Shown here: in pieces, positions 17,181 to 28,024 of the stretch
How the letters are laid out: every line of letters begins with the position of its first letter
Position numbering within the stretch: position 1 is the first letter of the stretch
Origin: an uncultured Alphaproteobacteria bacterium
GTDB lineage: Bacteria > Pseudomonadota > Alphaproteobacteria > RF32 > CAG-239
Length of the DNA stretch: 64,000 nt
Direction of reading: 5' to 3'
NCBI GenBank assembly: GCA_944391425.1
Contig: CALXTO010000001.1
Location: 11,066 to 75,065, forward strand
Position numbers and translations under genes: made by a program
Notes under the pieces: generated by a model
Seen by the model: the letters and a program-made list of their open reading frames with translations, nothing else
What the model was told of the DNA's origin: nothing
Databases searched by the model: none

Positions 17181-18741
17181 TATATAAAGCCGCTTTTATC
17201 AGCCGACGGGTATATTCCTGTCGGGGATGTTCAAAAATTTGTTTAAGTTGTCCCTGTTCAATGATTTTGCCGTCTTTCATAACGGCAATTTCGTCCGACA
17301 TGGCGCGAACCGCCTGCATATCATGAGAGATAAAGATATAAGACAGTTTGCGCTTTTGCTGAATATCCTGCAAAAGCGCGATGATTTGCGCCTGAATGGT
17401 TACATCCAAAGCAGAAGTCGGTTCGTCCAACACAAGGATTTGAGGTTCCAGAATCAACGCCCGGGCAATTGCTATTCTTTGGCGCTGTCCGCCGGAAAAT
17501 TCATGTGGGTATTTGACGGCAGATTCGGGGCGGAGACCTACTTCTTGAAGGGCAAAGAGAATTTTTTGCTTTTTGTCTTGCGGGGAAAGCTTTGGAAAAT
17601 GGACGTTAAGCCCCTCGCCTACGATTTGTTCAACGTTCATGCGGGGATTTAATGAATTGTAAGGATCCTGAAAGACGATCTGCACCGATTTGCGGAAGTC
17701 AGCTTCTCTGAGGCCGGGAAACGTTATTTTGCCGTCGAATTTAATCAGGCGGCAGAAGGCTTGTCCTAAAGTGGTTTTTCCGGAACCGGATTCACCGACG
17801 ATGCCTAAAGTCTGTGCTTTTTTTAACTGAAAGGAAACGTTGTCGACGGCATAAAGATATTCTTTTACGCTGCCCCAAAAGTTTTTTTTGAGCGGATAGC
17901 GGACGGTCAGTCCTTTAACATCCGCCACAACAGTTTCTGACAAAATATTGTTTAATTTCATTATGTTATGCGCATTAATTAATGCTTTTGTGTAATTTTC
18001 TTTAGGCTCTTCGAATATCTGTTTGCAGCTGCCGCGTTCAATGATTTTACCGCTTTTCATTACAAGGACATGGTCGGCTGTGTTGCGAATGAGACCCAAA
18101 TCATGGCTGATAAAAATTACGGACATGCCGAGTTGATTCTTCAGTTTGAGCAACAAATCAAGGATTTGTTTTTGGATTGTAACATCCAATGCCGTTGTCG
18201 GCTCGTCTGCAATCAGAATATCCGGACGGTTGGCTATGGCCATTGCAATCATCACTCTTTGGCGTTGTCCGCCTGACAGTTCGTGCGGATAAGCCTTCAA
18301 TCGCTGCCGGGCATTGGTAATTCCGGTCAGTTTCAGTAATTTCAGGACTTCTGCCCTGGCCTGCCGGGGCGATAATCCGCGATGAACAATCAATGTTTCG
18401 GCAATTTGATGTTCAATTGTGTGCAGCGGGTTTAATGAAGACATCGGCTCTTGGAAAACAAAACCGATTCGGCCGCCGCGGAATTCTTTTAGGTCGGGAT
18501 TGCCAAGCAGCTGCGTGCCTTTAAAACAGATGGAAGAAGCCGGATTGTGAAAAGCCTTTGGGTATGGAAGCAGACCGAGGATGGAGAGCGCCGTAAGGGT
18601 TTTCCCGGAACCGGATTCGCCGACGATGCCTAAGATTTCGCCCCGGCGAAGCTGAAAAGAAATGTTTTTAACGGCAAAGAAATCTTTTTCTTCATTATGA
18701 AAGCCGATGCTCAGATTTTTTACGTCCAGAAGGTTTTCCAT
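17170..18741 (-). CDS. yejF: ABC transporter ATP-binding protein with two ATPase domains (YejF-like)
   Basis: 523 aa with two Walker A motifs (GESGSGKT twice) and two LSGGQRQR signatures. Confidence 0.85.
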   Translation of the reverse strand: MENLLDVKNLSIGFHNEEKDFFAVKNISFQLRRGEILGIVGESGSGKTLTALSILGLLPYPKAFHNPASSICFKGTQLLGNPDLKEFRGGRIGFVFQEPMSSLNPLHTIEHQIAETLIVHRGLSPRQARAEVLKLLKLTGITNARQRLKAYPHELSGGQRQRVMIAMAIANRPDILIADEPTTALDVTIQKQILDLLLKLKNQLGMSVIFISHDLGLIRNTADHVLVMKSGKIIERGSCKQIFEEPKENYTKALINAHNIMKLNNILSETVVADVKGLTVRYPLKKNFWGSVKEYLYAVDNVSFQLKKAQTLGIVGESGSGKTTLGQAFCRLIKFDGKITFPGLREADFRKSVQIVFQDPYNSLNPRMNVEQIVGEGLNVHFPKLSPQDKKQKILFALQEVGLRPESAVKYPHEFSGGQRQRIAIARALILEPQILVLDEPTSALDVTIQAQIIALLQDIQQKRKLSYIFISHDMQAVRAMSDEIAVMKDGKIIEQGQLKQIFEHPRQEYTRRLIKAALYNVK

Positions 18742-19781
18742 TATTTATTTCTCCGGGTATCAAAAGCGTCGCGAATGCCTTCGCCGATGAATATCAGCAA
18801 AGTCAACAAACCAGAAAGGACGATAAAGATGGAGATGCCAATCCAAGGCGCTTGCAAATTGTCTTTTCCCTGACGCACCAAATCCCCCAACGACGGATAA
18901 TCATGAGAGAGTCCAAGCCCCAAAAAATCCAAGGCTGTGAGGGCAACAATGGCTTCCGAGAGAAAAAACGGAACAAAAGTGACGGTAGCAATGACTGCAT
19001 TGGGCAAAATGTGCCGAAACATAATGCGGAAATCGCTTACACCAAGTGCTTTAGCCGCTTTGACGAATTCAAAGTTGCGGGTGCGCAGAAATTCGGCGCG
19101 GACAACACCGGTCAGGTTCATCCAAGTGAAGCAGAGCATGATGACCAGCAGCGTCCAGAAAGTCGGTACGAAAATGCTGGCGATGATAATTAAGACGAAG
19201 AGCTGCGGCAAAGCCTCCCAGATTTCGAGAAAGCGCTGAAACAGGATGTCTGTTTTTCCGCCGAAATATCCCTGAATAGCTCCTGCACAAATTCCGATTA
19301 CCGAAGAAATTCCCGTAAGCAGAAAGGCAAAAACAACCGAAAGGCGCAAACCGTATATAATCCGAACTAAAATATCCCTGCCCTCATCGTCCGTACCCAA
19401 GAAATGTTTGGAATCGGGTGGAGACGGTGTCGGTTTTTCAAGAGTGTAGTCAACGGTATTGAAGGAATAAGGCAAAAACGGAAAGACCATAAAACCGTTT
19501 TGTTCAATGTTGTTTTTGATATACGGATCACGATAGTCGGCCGGTGTCGGAAAGTCTCCGCCGAAGGTTTGTTCCGTATAGGTTTTGAACAAGGGAAAGT
19601 AATATTCTCCTTTGTATTTGACCAGCAACGGCTGATCATTGGCGATGATTTCGGCAAAAAGTGTCAGGACAAAAAGAGAGCCGAAAATCAGCAAAGACCA
19701 AAAAGCGCGCCGGTTTTTACGAAATGCCCGCAAGCGTTTCAGGGTAACGGGGCTTAGTTTTTCCAAGGTCAGGCCAAACAA
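18741..19781 (-). CDS. yejE: ABC transporter permease (YejE/OppC-like)
   Basis: 346 aa. BPD_transp_1-type permease with an N-terminal extension as in YejE. Start/stop overlap with yejF. Confidence 0.8.
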   Translation of the reverse strand: MFGLTLEKLSPVTLKRLRAFRKNRRAFWSLLIFGSLFVLTLFAEIIANDQPLLVKYKGEYYFPLFKTYTEQTFGGDFPTPADYRDPYIKNNIEQNGFMVFPFLPYSFNTVDYTLEKPTPSPPDSKHFLGTDDEGRDILVRIIYGLRLSVVFAFLLTGISSVIGICAGAIQGYFGGKTDILFQRFLEIWEALPQLFVLIIIASIFVPTFWTLLVIMLCFTWMNLTGVVRAEFLRTRNFEFVKAAKALGVSDFRIMFRHILPNAVIATVTFVPFFLSEAIVALTALDFLGLGLSHDYPSLGDLVRQGKDNLQAPWIGISIFIVLSGLLTLLIFIGEGIRDAFDTRRNK

Positions 19782-19790
19782 TGCGCTTTC

Positions 19791-22181
19791 CTATTCTTTC
19801 TTTTCTTCTTCTGCCGGACGGTATTGGATCTCGCCAAGCAAAAATGGCGGTACGACATCGTGAGATTTTTGATTTTCAATGACTTTGACTTCAATTTTGA
19901 CGTCGGCTGGCTGCTTCGTGCCTGGGTTTTCCGGTGTCGGGGCTTTTTCTTCCTGTTCTGCCCGGGCTTTCTCTTTGAGCTGTTGCGGTTTGTCTAAGGG
20001 AGACTCCGCTTTTGTTTTTTGAGGCTTTGTTTTGACTGTATTTTCTTGTGCCGGTTCAGAGGTTTGGGGTTGCGGTTGTTTTTTTTCGGCAGTGTCTGTA
20101 CCGTCCTGGTTTTCAGGAGTTTGTTCTGTCGTGCCTTCTGTTTGCTGCGCAGTCTCGGAAATACTTTGAAGCTTTTTTCCTTCCGGGAGTTCTTCAACTG
20201 CGGCGACCGGCGCATCATGAATGATTACCTCCTGTGCTTCAGACTGCTCTTTTTCCAGCGGGATGGTCGGTTCGAGCATCAGATTTTCGACCTGGTTATG
20301 CCCTGCCCAAGCCTGATACCAGCGTTTAAACCGGTTGACGGCATTTGTCGCTTCTTGTTCTGAGATTTGTTCTTTGGCATTGCTTTCCCGGATGTCTTTT
20401 TTGAGATTATCGGAAATTTTTATATTTTCCAATTCTTGGCAGTCATTTTGTTTTAGAATGACGTTGCCGAGAATGCTTGAAGCCGCGCAGAGTTTGCTGT
20501 CGGTCTGCGGGGATGTGCTCTGAGGAAGACGGACAGCCAATGCAACTTGTTTTTGGTGTTTAAATTCCTGGTAGAAATCTTTGGGCTGACCGGAAAACAG
20601 CGGCAGAGGCGAGCTTAACCCAAGCACCACAATTGTCGTGTTGTCCAGTTTTTGTTCTTTTTGCAGCTGTTGAATGAAGTTTTCCAATTTGCCGTAGAGA
20701 CAGCTTACCTGAGCCGTGTAGGCCTGCCTTTTATCAAGCAGGTTGTTGTCTTCTTTGAGGCTCAGCCATTGAGAAACGGGTTTGATACTGCAAAGGCCGT
20801 TATAAATATACAAATCTGAAGGCAAGTCTATGACTGCAAAATAGGCATTGTTGCCGCTTCCGGATTTTATGTCGGCGGCGATCATATCGAGAATTTTCGG
20901 TGTGTTGTAGACGTAAAGGTCACGAGGCGAAAATTTCAGCGGAGCGATATCTTTGTTTATTCCAAGGAAAGACAAGCCCTTCAGTATGGGATTCAATCCG
21001 CCGGAAAGTCCTGTACTTTCAAGCCAGCCGGCAGTGAGCAGAATTGTTTTTTGCGTCAGGCTGAAGTTGTCGTTTTCGAGGTTTATGGGCGGCGTGGCTT
21101 TGGCCGTGCATTCGGCGGCCAGCATGGCATTGTTGATCCGGCACAGTTCCATCCCCCGGGTTTGGTAGATATGCAGGTTATAACCGTCGTTGCGGAATGT
21201 GTCGAAAAATTTGTTATTTTTTAAGTATATTTTTTCTGCCGCGAGGTTGGAAAAATCCCAATAACTTTTAAGCAGGACATCCGACAACTGCAATTTTTCA
21301 ACAGACAATTCGGAATCCGGGTTGAATATCCGGATTAAATTTTCGAAAGGTTTTTGCGGGTTGTCAATATAAGCGGCGGAATAGTGCGTAAAGTTATTGC
21401 GGGTGTAAAAGCCGAGCATTGCCGCGGCGGCTGTTTTGGCATCGTCGGAAGCCCTTGGCATCTGAGACAGCTCACGCAGGTTATTATAAGAAGCAAGCTG
21501 CGGCAAGGCAAGAAAAACAATGTTGCGGCCGTTGGGGTGCGTAAATTCGTCGCCGTTGGCCCGGATATTTTTGAATTGGGGCGATACCGGATCAAAATAA
21601 GCGTCGCTGACGATATAGCCGAAGATGAAAATAAGAGTACCGAGGAAATAAGCCTGGTTGGAGCGGCGGCCATAAGTCAGAAAGAGGAAAAAAAGGATTC
21701 CGGCAGCGCCGGCGATAACCAGATGAGATGATGTCATTAAGATACGGCTTATTCCAGAACCGAAATATTGTCCGAACAGGCTGTCTAAAACCGAATGGCG
21801 GTCAAACAGCGCAAACTGTGTCAGAACTGCCAAGACAAAGAACCCGGCGATGATAGCCGTAAACAAATCCTGCAGAAACAGCGAGAAAGACAGCAGAAAC
21901 AAAATTGCAAAAGATACTGCGGCGATGGCAGAGTAAATGATGATAGCTTCGGTATTTAAGGTCTGAGTGTTGTCAAACAGGCTGTAGCTTCCCGCTTCGG
22001 CGAACAAAGTGAAGTCAATGCCGATAAGAACGGCGCAAATCAGGCTTTTAATGATCCAGTCTGCAAAATATTCGCGAAAGCGGCGTTTTTTTAATTTGCG
22101 CTCGGCTTTATTTTTAGCAGAGACGGCTTTAGCGGAGATTTGTCTGGGATCATCAAGAAAAATATCGTCCATGTTTTGCAC
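19791..22181 (-). CDS. large membrane protein of unknown function
   Basis: 796 aa, first gene of the yejE/yejF operon. It has an N-terminal polytopic region, a large extracytoplasmic domain and an E/Q/K/P-rich tail. About 5-6 TM helices occupy the first 200 aa, followed by a 400-aa soluble region and a low-complexity C-terminus. The topology recalls PbgA(YejM)/EptA/LtaS proteins, but I could not find catalytic sulfatase motifs. Confidence 0.75.
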   Translation of the reverse strand: MQNMDDIFLDDPRQISAKAVSAKNKAERKLKKRRFREYFADWIIKSLICAVLIGIDFTLFAEAGSYSLFDNTQTLNTEAIIIYSAIAAVSFAILFLLSFSLFLQDLFTAIIAGFFVLAVLTQFALFDRHSVLDSLFGQYFGSGISRILMTSSHLVIAGAAGILFFLFLTYGRRSNQAYFLGTLIFIFGYIVSDAYFDPVSPQFKNIRANGDEFTHPNGRNIVFLALPQLASYNNLRELSQMPRASDDAKTAAAAMLGFYTRNNFTHYSAAYIDNPQKPFENLIRIFNPDSELSVEKLQLSDVLLKSYWDFSNLAAEKIYLKNNKFFDTFRNDGYNLHIYQTRGMELCRINNAMLAAECTAKATPPINLENDNFSLTQKTILLTAGWLESTGLSGGLNPILKGLSFLGINKDIAPLKFSPRDLYVYNTPKILDMIAADIKSGSGNNAYFAVIDLPSDLYIYNGLCSIKPVSQWLSLKEDNNLLDKRQAYTAQVSCLYGKLENFIQQLQKEQKLDNTTIVVLGLSSPLPLFSGQPKDFYQEFKHQKQVALAVRLPQSTSPQTDSKLCAASSILGNVILKQNDCQELENIKISDNLKKDIRESNAKEQISEQEATNAVNRFKRWYQAWAGHNQVENLMLEPTIPLEKEQSEAQEVIIHDAPVAAVEELPEGKKLQSISETAQQTEGTTEQTPENQDGTDTAEKKQPQPQTSEPAQENTVKTKPQKTKAESPLDKPQQLKEKARAEQEEKAPTPENPGTKQPADVKIEVKVIENQKSHDVVPPFLLGEIQYRPAEEEKKE

Positions 22182-22239
22182 CTTGGATTATTTTATCACG
22201 GTGTTTCTATATAACCATATCTTGTTTTAATTTTAAAGC

Positions 22240-22277
22240 AAAAATCCTCAGAGGTTGCACAACTTCTGAGGATTTTG
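22240..22277 (-). terminator. terminator after rpsD
   Basis: AATCCTCAGA (22243-22252) / TCTGAGGATT (22265-22274) stem. The minus-strand reading is followed by TTTTT. Confidence 0.6.
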
Positions 22278-22295
22278 AAACCGGCAGCGGCCTTA

Positions 22296-22907
22296 TTATC
22301 TGGAGTAGAACTCGATAACCAAATTCGGTTCCATGACGGAGGCATAAGGAACATCGTCAAATTTAGGAACGAATGTGTATTTGGCGCTGAACTTCTTGCT
22401 GTCAACTTCAAGATAAGCCGGATGGTCGCGCGTAGCGGATTCCATGGCGGCAATCACAATCGGCAGCTGTTTTGATTTTTCGCGGACTTCAATAACGTCA
22501 CCGGCTTTAACCATGTAAGAAGGAATATTTACCTTTTTGCCGTTAACGGTAATATGTCCGTGGTTTACAAACTGGCGGGCAGCGAAAATCGTGGGAACGA
22601 ATTTGGCTTTGTAGACCAGATTGTCCAGACGGGATTCCAAAATACCGATCAGGTTTTCAGCGGCATCGCCAGAGCGGCGGATGGCTTCAACATAGTATTT
22701 GTGAAACTGCTTTTCAGAAACGTTTCCGTAATAGGTTTTCAATTTCTGTTTGGCATAAAGCTGCTGGCCGTAGTCCGTAGGCTTTTTGCGGCGCTGACCG
22801 TGCTGGCCGGGCGCGTATTCTCTTTTATTGACGGAACCGTTGGGAGCGCCCCAGATGGTACCGTACTGGCGTTCTTTCTTTTTCTTTGCAGAAACGATAC
22901 TTTTCAT
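22296..22907 (-). CDS. rpsD: 30S ribosomal protein S4
   Basis: 203 aa. YGxQLxxKQKxK, S4 RNA-binding domain ([11 protein letters not shown]...[17 protein letters not shown]). Confidence 0.97.
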   Translation of the reverse strand: MKSIVSAKKKKERQYGTIWGAPNGSVNKREYAPGQHGQRRKKPTDYGQQLYAKQKLKTYYGNVSEKQFHKYYVEAIRRSGDAAENLIGILESRLDNLVYKAKFVPTIFAARQFVNHGHITVNGKKVNIPSYMVKAGDVIEVREKSKQLPIVIAAMESATRDHPAYLEVDSKKFSAKYTFVPKFDDVPYASVMEPNLVIEFYSR

Positions 22908-23118
22908 TATAAATTTTCCTTTTATTTATTGTATTATTGTCCCGGTAGTTTTGACTTATTGGCTGTCAAACGAGGTGTTTTCCATCTTCATTCCCGGAAG
23001 TGAGGGCAATTTATAACATTAATTACTGAAAATCAAGTCTTTTTTTATAATTTAGTGGATTTTTAAGCAAAAGGTGTTATACCGTAAGAAAAATAAGCCG
23101 TAACGGGAGAAATTCCGA

Positions 23119-24882
23119 ATGTCATACGATATGTTGCTACAGCGGGCGCTGGCTTTGCATGACGCCGGACAGCTTGACGAAGCCGAGGCCGTTTACCGCC
23201 AGATATTGGAAACGGCGCCGGAGCAGCCCGACGTGCTCAATCTTCTGGGGTTAGTGGCACAAGCCAAAGGGGCTCAGGACGAGGCTTGCCGCCTGTTTGC
23301 TACGGCCTTGCGCAAAAAGGGAACGGATGATGCCGCCATCTGCTATAACCTCGCCTACTCTCTTCGTTTGTCCGGAAAAATGCATGAAGCCGTCGATTTT
23401 CTGCAGAGAGTGCTGCTGCTCAAACCTGACTTGAAAGAAGCTTATAATGAACTGGGGCTTGCTTTGTGGGATTTACAGCAGCCGGAAACCGCAAGGGAAA
23501 ACTGGAGCAAGGCTTCTGCTCTGGATCCTTCTTATGCCGCTGCCCGGATCAATCTGGCCAGAAGTTATGAGCAGGAAAATCCCGTGCGGGCAGCCGAAGA
23601 ATTAGAAAAAGTGACGGCGGTTTTTCCCGGCGAAGCGGCGGCATGGTATTATCTCAGCCGTCTCTGTTATCTTAACGGTGATTATGCAAAAGCTTGGGAT
23701 GCCGCAATTAAGGCCAAAGAACAGGCTCCGGCATCTGATGATGCAAGGGTGATGCTGGCCCTGCTCTCTTTGCAGGAAAAACAGGAGGCAAATGCAAAAA
23801 TTTATTTTATGAAAGCCGTAATGTTAAATCCCGGCAATATTGACGCCGTACTCGGGCTGGCGAATCTTAACAGTCGCGAAGGCAATTTTGAAGAAGCGGA
23901 AAAAGGATATCTGCAGGCAATTGAGCTGGATGCGGAAAATTTTGACGCCCACAATAATTATGCCGAAATGTTGTATCGGCAGAACCGCCTTGCCGAGGCT
24001 CTGGAAGAATATCGGAAAGCTGTTATCATCAATCCCAAAGCTGCGGAAGTCAGCAACAATCTTGCGTTGATTTTGAAAGACCGGGGCGAATATGAAGAAG
24101 CCTTGGGTTTGCTGTTTAACGCATTTATCTTGAAGCCCAACATGGAAGAAACTGCCGTCAATTTGGCCGAGACACTGACTTTATTTTACCGCTGTGAACC
24201 GCAAAAAACGGTTGAATTGGCTGAAAAATGGCTTGAATATGCTCCGGATAACGTTTTTGCCACCCGTGTGTGTGCCGCACTGAAAGGACAAAAAAGTGAA
24301 AATAATCAGATTTATGCTCAGAAGTTGTTTGACCATTTTGCTGATCGTTACGAACTGGTTATGCAGAATCTGGGTTATACAGTTCCGCTGGCTATGGGAA
24401 GAATTGCAGGATCTCTTAAAGGTTCCGTTGTGGATTTGGGGTGTGGTACGGGGCTTGTGGGCAAAGTTCTTAAAAATTCTGAAAATACACTGACCGGCGT
24501 GGATATTTCAGCCCAAATGCTGAAAAAAGCACAAGAAAAAGGTGTTTATGACTGTTTAGCGCAAGATGACATCGCGGCATATTTGCGGCGGAACGGTAAC
24601 TTTGACTGGGCGGTTGCCGCCGATGTTTTCGGATATGTGGGCGATTTGTCTGAGATGGTGGCTTTATGCCGCGGGAAGAATTTGCTTTTTTCGACGGAAA
24701 ATGCGGAAGATACTGAAACTTACAAGATGTCCGAGAGCGGACGTTACCGCCATAATCCGGCTTATGTGAGAAAGCTTTTGCAGGAGAACGGTTTTGAAAA
24801 AATCAATGCGGAAGAACTTTTGCTGCGTTCGGAAAATGGTATTGCTGTTTCGGGAACAATCTGGAAAGCTGAGAGCCGATAA
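23119..24882 (+). CDS. TPR-repeat protein with C-terminal class I SAM-dependent methyltransferase domain
   Basis: 587 aa. Many 34-aa TPR-like repeats in the first ~380 aa, followed by VVDLGCGTGLVG (methyltransferase motif I). Confidence 0.8.
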   Translation: MSYDMLLQRALALHDAGQLDEAEAVYRQILETAPEQPDVLNLLGLVAQAKGAQDEACRLFATALRKKGTDDAAICYNLAYSLRLSGKMHEAVDFLQRVLLLKPDLKEAYNELGLALWDLQQPETARENWSKASALDPSYAAARINLARSYEQENPVRAAEELEKVTAVFPGEAAAWYYLSRLCYLNGDYAKAWDAAIKAKEQAPASDDARVMLALLSLQEKQEANAKIYFMKAVMLNPGNIDAVLGLANLNSREGNFEEAEKGYLQAIELDAENFDAHNNYAEMLYRQNRLAEALEEYRKAVIINPKAAEVSNNLALILKDRGEYEEALGLLFNAFILKPNMEETAVNLAETLTLFYRCEPQKTVELAEKWLEYAPDNVFATRVCAALKGQKSENNQIYAQKLFDHFADRYELVMQNLGYTVPLAMGRIAGSLKGSVVDLGCGTGLVGKVLKNSENTLTGVDISAQMLKKAQEKGVYDCLAQDDIAAYLRRNGNFDWAVAADVFGYVGDLSEMVALCRGKNLLFSTENAEDTETYKMSESGRYRHNPAYVRKLLQENGFEKINAEELLLRSENGIAVSGTIWKAESR

Positions 24883-24911
24883 AAAAGCCGTCTGTTTTCA
24901 GACGGCTTTAA
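24883..24911. terminator. bidirectional terminator between convergent genes
   Basis: AAAGCCGTCTG / CAGACGGCTTT 11-bp stem with a TTTT loop, A-run upstream and T-rich downstream. Confidence 0.7.
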
Positions 24912-24930
24912 CGGTCAAGTTTTAACCGGT

Positions 24931-25494
24931 TTAGAACGTATATCTGAGACCGGCGGTTACTTCGGCCAGGTGATTCAAATCACGGGTGCCGATATAGGAA
25001 TAACGCCCGACAACACGCGCTGAAATATGATCCGTCAAGTCATACTGAGCACCGCCACCGACACGATAACCGACGCGGCTTTTGGTGATTTTTTCACCGG
25101 CGTGTTTGAGTTTGGTATCATAAACGGCCGCACCGGCAGTTGCCAAAAGGCTGAATTTTTGTTCACATCCCAGCGGCAGATAACCATACAAATCCAAACC
25201 GTAAGCGTTGAATTTGTATTTCATGTCTCCGCCTTCGGCTTCGCTGAGGTGGGTTTTGCGGTTACCGGACTGCTGGTAAAAAGCTTCCAAGCTGACGTAA
25301 TCCATCAACTCGATACCGGCATTGATAATTCCGGAATTGAAATTGTCTTTTGAAGCAGAGGCTCTGCCCTTTAGGTCGGCCTTGTCATAAGCATAATCGG
25401 CACCGATGTAGGGTTTGAAATCCTTCAGCATCTGTGCATTGGCCGAAGCAGAAATCAAACAAGCAACACTTGCAAGTAATAATGTCTTTTTCAT
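24931..25494 (-). CDS. outer-membrane beta-barrel protein (Omp25/OmpA_membrane-like)
   Basis: 187 aa. Signal peptide ending ASANA, alternating amphipathic strands, C-terminal GLRYTF aromatic terminus. Confidence 0.8.
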   Translation of the reverse strand: MKKTLLLASVACLISASANAQMLKDFKPYIGADYAYDKADLKGRASASKDNFNSGIINAGIELMDYVSLEAFYQQSGNRKTHLSEAEGGDMKYKFNAYGLDLYGYLPLGCEQKFSLLATAGAAVYDTKLKHAGEKITKSRVGYRVGGGAQYDLTDHISARVVGRYSYIGTRDLNHLAEVTAGLRYTF

Positions 25495-25727
25495 TGTTTT
25501 TAAACTCCATTTATAAATAGGTTTTCATAGTGATTAAAAGCATTATGCTTTGAACGTCCCGTAAAACTGTCATTTTGCGGCAGTTTCTGAAAAGTAGATA
25601 ATCTTGTCTGAAAGGATTTAAAGGGGGAAAAGAAAAATTTATAATATTTTCTTCTAATATTTGGTGCTTTTAAGTTTTTTTTTACGGAGATATGTTTGAT
25701 TGAAAATATTAAATTCAGGAGAATATC

Positions 25728-26369
25728 ATGCATTTTACTTGTCCGGACAAAAGCTGCGTCAAATGTCAAAGGCTGTTAGATTTCAGAGCCGAAAACATTA
25801 AAAAATTCCCGTCTTATTATAATGGTCCCGTTCCTTCTTTCGGTCCTTTGGAGGCAGAAATCCTGATTGTGGGGCTGGCTCCGGGACTAAACGGGGCCAA
25901 TCAGACCGGGCGGCCGTTTACAAATGACTATGCCGGGGATGTTTTATACCCTATTCTTAAAAAGCACGGTTTGGCACGGGGAGAATACGGCAAACGCAAA
26001 GATGACGGATTTGAGCTGACCAATGTGCGAATAACCAATTCGGTTCGCTGTGTCCCGCCCCAAAATAAAGTTACCGGCGAGGAAGTTAAGAACTGCGGCG
26101 CCTATCTTATTGACGAAATTGCCGCCATGACGAGGCTTAAAGTTATTTTGACATTGGGAAGCGTTGCCCATAATGCCGTGTTGGGCGTGCTGGGATATCG
26201 TAAGTCGCAATTTAAATTTGTGCACGGAGCCATGCATGAGCTCGGACGGCACGGACTGATTTTGGCTAATTCTTACCATACGTCGCGTTATAACATCAAT
26301 ACCGGGGTTTTAACCTATGAAATGTTTGATGCTGTCGTTTCTTCGGTAAAAAAAATATTGACAAAATAA
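25728..26369 (+). CDS. uracil-DNA glycosylase superfamily protein (family 5/UDGb-like)
   Basis: GLAPGLNGANQTGRPFTND motif A and HTSRYN motif B, plus N-terminal Cys residues for an Fe-S cluster. Confidence 0.8.
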   Translation: MHFTCPDKSCVKCQRLLDFRAENIKKFPSYYNGPVPSFGPLEAEILIVGLAPGLNGANQTGRPFTNDYAGDVLYPILKKHGLARGEYGKRKDDGFELTNVRITNSVRCVPPQNKVTGEEVKNCGAYLIDEIAAMTRLKVILTLGSVAHNAVLGVLGYRKSQFKFVHGAMHELGRHGLILANSYHTSRYNINTGVLTYEMFDAVVSSVKKILTK

Positions 26370-26433
26370 CTGAAAAGGCTACTCTGTAAAAGTTTCAATT
26401 TTATTATTAAGACATCATTTAAACTTCAATAGT

Positions 26434-26838
26434 ATGAGAAAAAACGAGAAAAACCGTGCCGAATACGGGTATGGGAAAGACAGCATTTTGTTCTATCGCG
26501 GCAGTGATGAGAAAGTAAACAGCTTAAAAGAAGCAGCCATTGCCGCTCGGAAAACCGGTTTGGGTTTTGTGGTTAAACATGAAGGTCCGTTTTTAAGGAC
26601 GGTCAGTACCGTCTTGGGCTGGGACGTTGAGATTATGACTGTTAGACAGGCTCAGGAGCTGTTTGCCGGCAATGATGAAGTCTTAAGCGAGTTGCATATG
26701 ATTTCTCAGGTCGGCTGGCCCCGGAGAGAAACAATTGTAGCCGTTTCGGGAAAAGACAGCGGCAACCCGTATGTCTTTATGATGGAAGGCCTGAATTTCA
26801 GAAAAGTCTTATGGGAAGATCTCGTGAAGGAGCCTTAG
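26434..26838 (+). CDS. hypothetical protein (134 aa)
   Basis: Clean ORF ending inside a GGAGCC/GGCTCC hairpin plus T-run. No family recognised. Confidence 0.5.
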   Translation: MRKNEKNRAEYGYGKDSILFYRGSDEKVNSLKEAAIAARKTGLGFVVKHEGPFLRTVSTVLGWDVEIMTVRQAQELFAGNDEVLSELHMISQVGWPRRETIVAVSGKDSGNPYVFMMEGLNFRKVLWEDLVKEP

Positions 26839-26849
26839 GGCTCCTTTTT

Positions 26850-27425
26850 TTATTGGCTGATACCGGCAAAACCCATAAAAGCCATAGACAGCAAACCTGC
26901 GGTAATCAAAGCTAACGGTGTTCCTTTTAGGGCCGACGGAACTTCCGTATCGGCCAGGCGTTCGCGAATGCCGGCAAAAATGACGATGGCCAGAGTGAAG
27001 CCCATGGCATTGGCGAGCGCATAACAAATTCCTGCCGTCAGTGTATAATTCTTTTGTATGGTCAAAATGGCAATTCCCAAGACAGCGCAGTTGGTGGTGA
27101 TCAGCGGCAGGAATATACCCAGAGCCTGATAAAGCGGCGGCGAAACCTTTTTAACAATGATTTCCACCATTTGCACCAAGGCCGCGATGACCAAGATGAA
27201 AGTTACCGTTGTCATAAACGTCAGGTTGTAAGGTTGCAAAAAGGTATAGTAGATCAGAAAAGTGGCTATTGTGGCAATTGTCATGACGAACATGACAGCA
27301 AAACCCATACCGGCTGCCGTCGAGATTTTTTTGGAAACGCCCAAAAAAGGACAGATGCCCAGAAACTGCGACAACACAATGTTATTTACGAAAACGGCGG
27401 TGATAAAAATCATAAAGTATGCCAT
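26850..27425 (-). CDS. rnfA: Rnf electron transport complex subunit A
   Basis: 191 aa. VNNIVLSQFLGICPFLGVSKK matches the RnfA/NqrE family N-terminus. Confidence 0.93.
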   Translation of the reverse strand: MAYFMIFITAVFVNNIVLSQFLGICPFLGVSKKISTAAGMGFAVMFVMTIATIATFLIYYTFLQPYNLTFMTTVTFILVIAALVQMVEIIVKKVSPPLYQALGIFLPLITTNCAVLGIAILTIQKNYTLTAGICYALANAMGFTLAIVIFAGIRERLADTEVPSALKGTPLALITAGLLSMAFMGFAGISQ

Positions 27426-27427
27426 GG

Positions 27428-28024
27428 TTATTCAGCCTTTCGCAGTCTGTTAAACAAGATAATCAACGCGGCCAGAGCCAAAAAGGCGCCGGGCGGCATG
27501 ATAAACAAAAGTACAGGATTGGCGTCCTCAGCAATAAACGAATAATTAAAAATCGAACCATTGCCCAAAACTTCCCTGACAATTCCCAGTGAAGTCAGTC
27601 CGATGGTAAAGCCCGTGCCCATTCCGACGGCGTCTAAAACCGACTGCCAGATATTATTTTTGGAGGCAAATGCTTCCGCCCGTCCCAAAATGATGCAGTT
27701 GACAACAATCAACGGGATGAAAATGCCCAGAGCGGCATGCAGCGCCGGGAGGTAAGCGGCCATCAACAGGTCGACAACCGTTACGAAGGAAGCGATGATA
27801 ACGATAAAAGATGGAATTCTGACTTTGGGCGGAATGATTCCTTTAACCAGAGAAATGGCCACGTTAGACAGAATTAGGACGAACAGTGTTGCCAGCCCCA
27901 TTCCTAAACCGTTGAGAGCCGAGGTTGTGACGCCTAAAGTCGGGCACATTCCCAAAAGCATGACAAAGGTCGGGTTTTCTCTGATAATTCCTCTGGTCAG
28001 GTTTTCTAAACTGGTTTTATTCAT
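27428..28024 (-). CDS. rnfE: Rnf complex subunit E
   Basis: 198 aa. [24 protein letters not shown] matches RnfE/NqrD. Confidence 0.93.
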   Translation of the reverse strand: MNKTSLENLTRGIIRENPTFVMLLGMCPTLGVTTSALNGLGMGLATLFVLILSNVAISLVKGIIPPKVRIPSFIVIIASFVTVVDLLMAAYLPALHAALGIFIPLIVVNCIILGRAEAFASKNNIWQSVLDAVGMGTGFTIGLTSLGIVREVLGNGSIFNYSFIAEDANPVLLFIMPPGAFLALAALIILFNRLRKAE

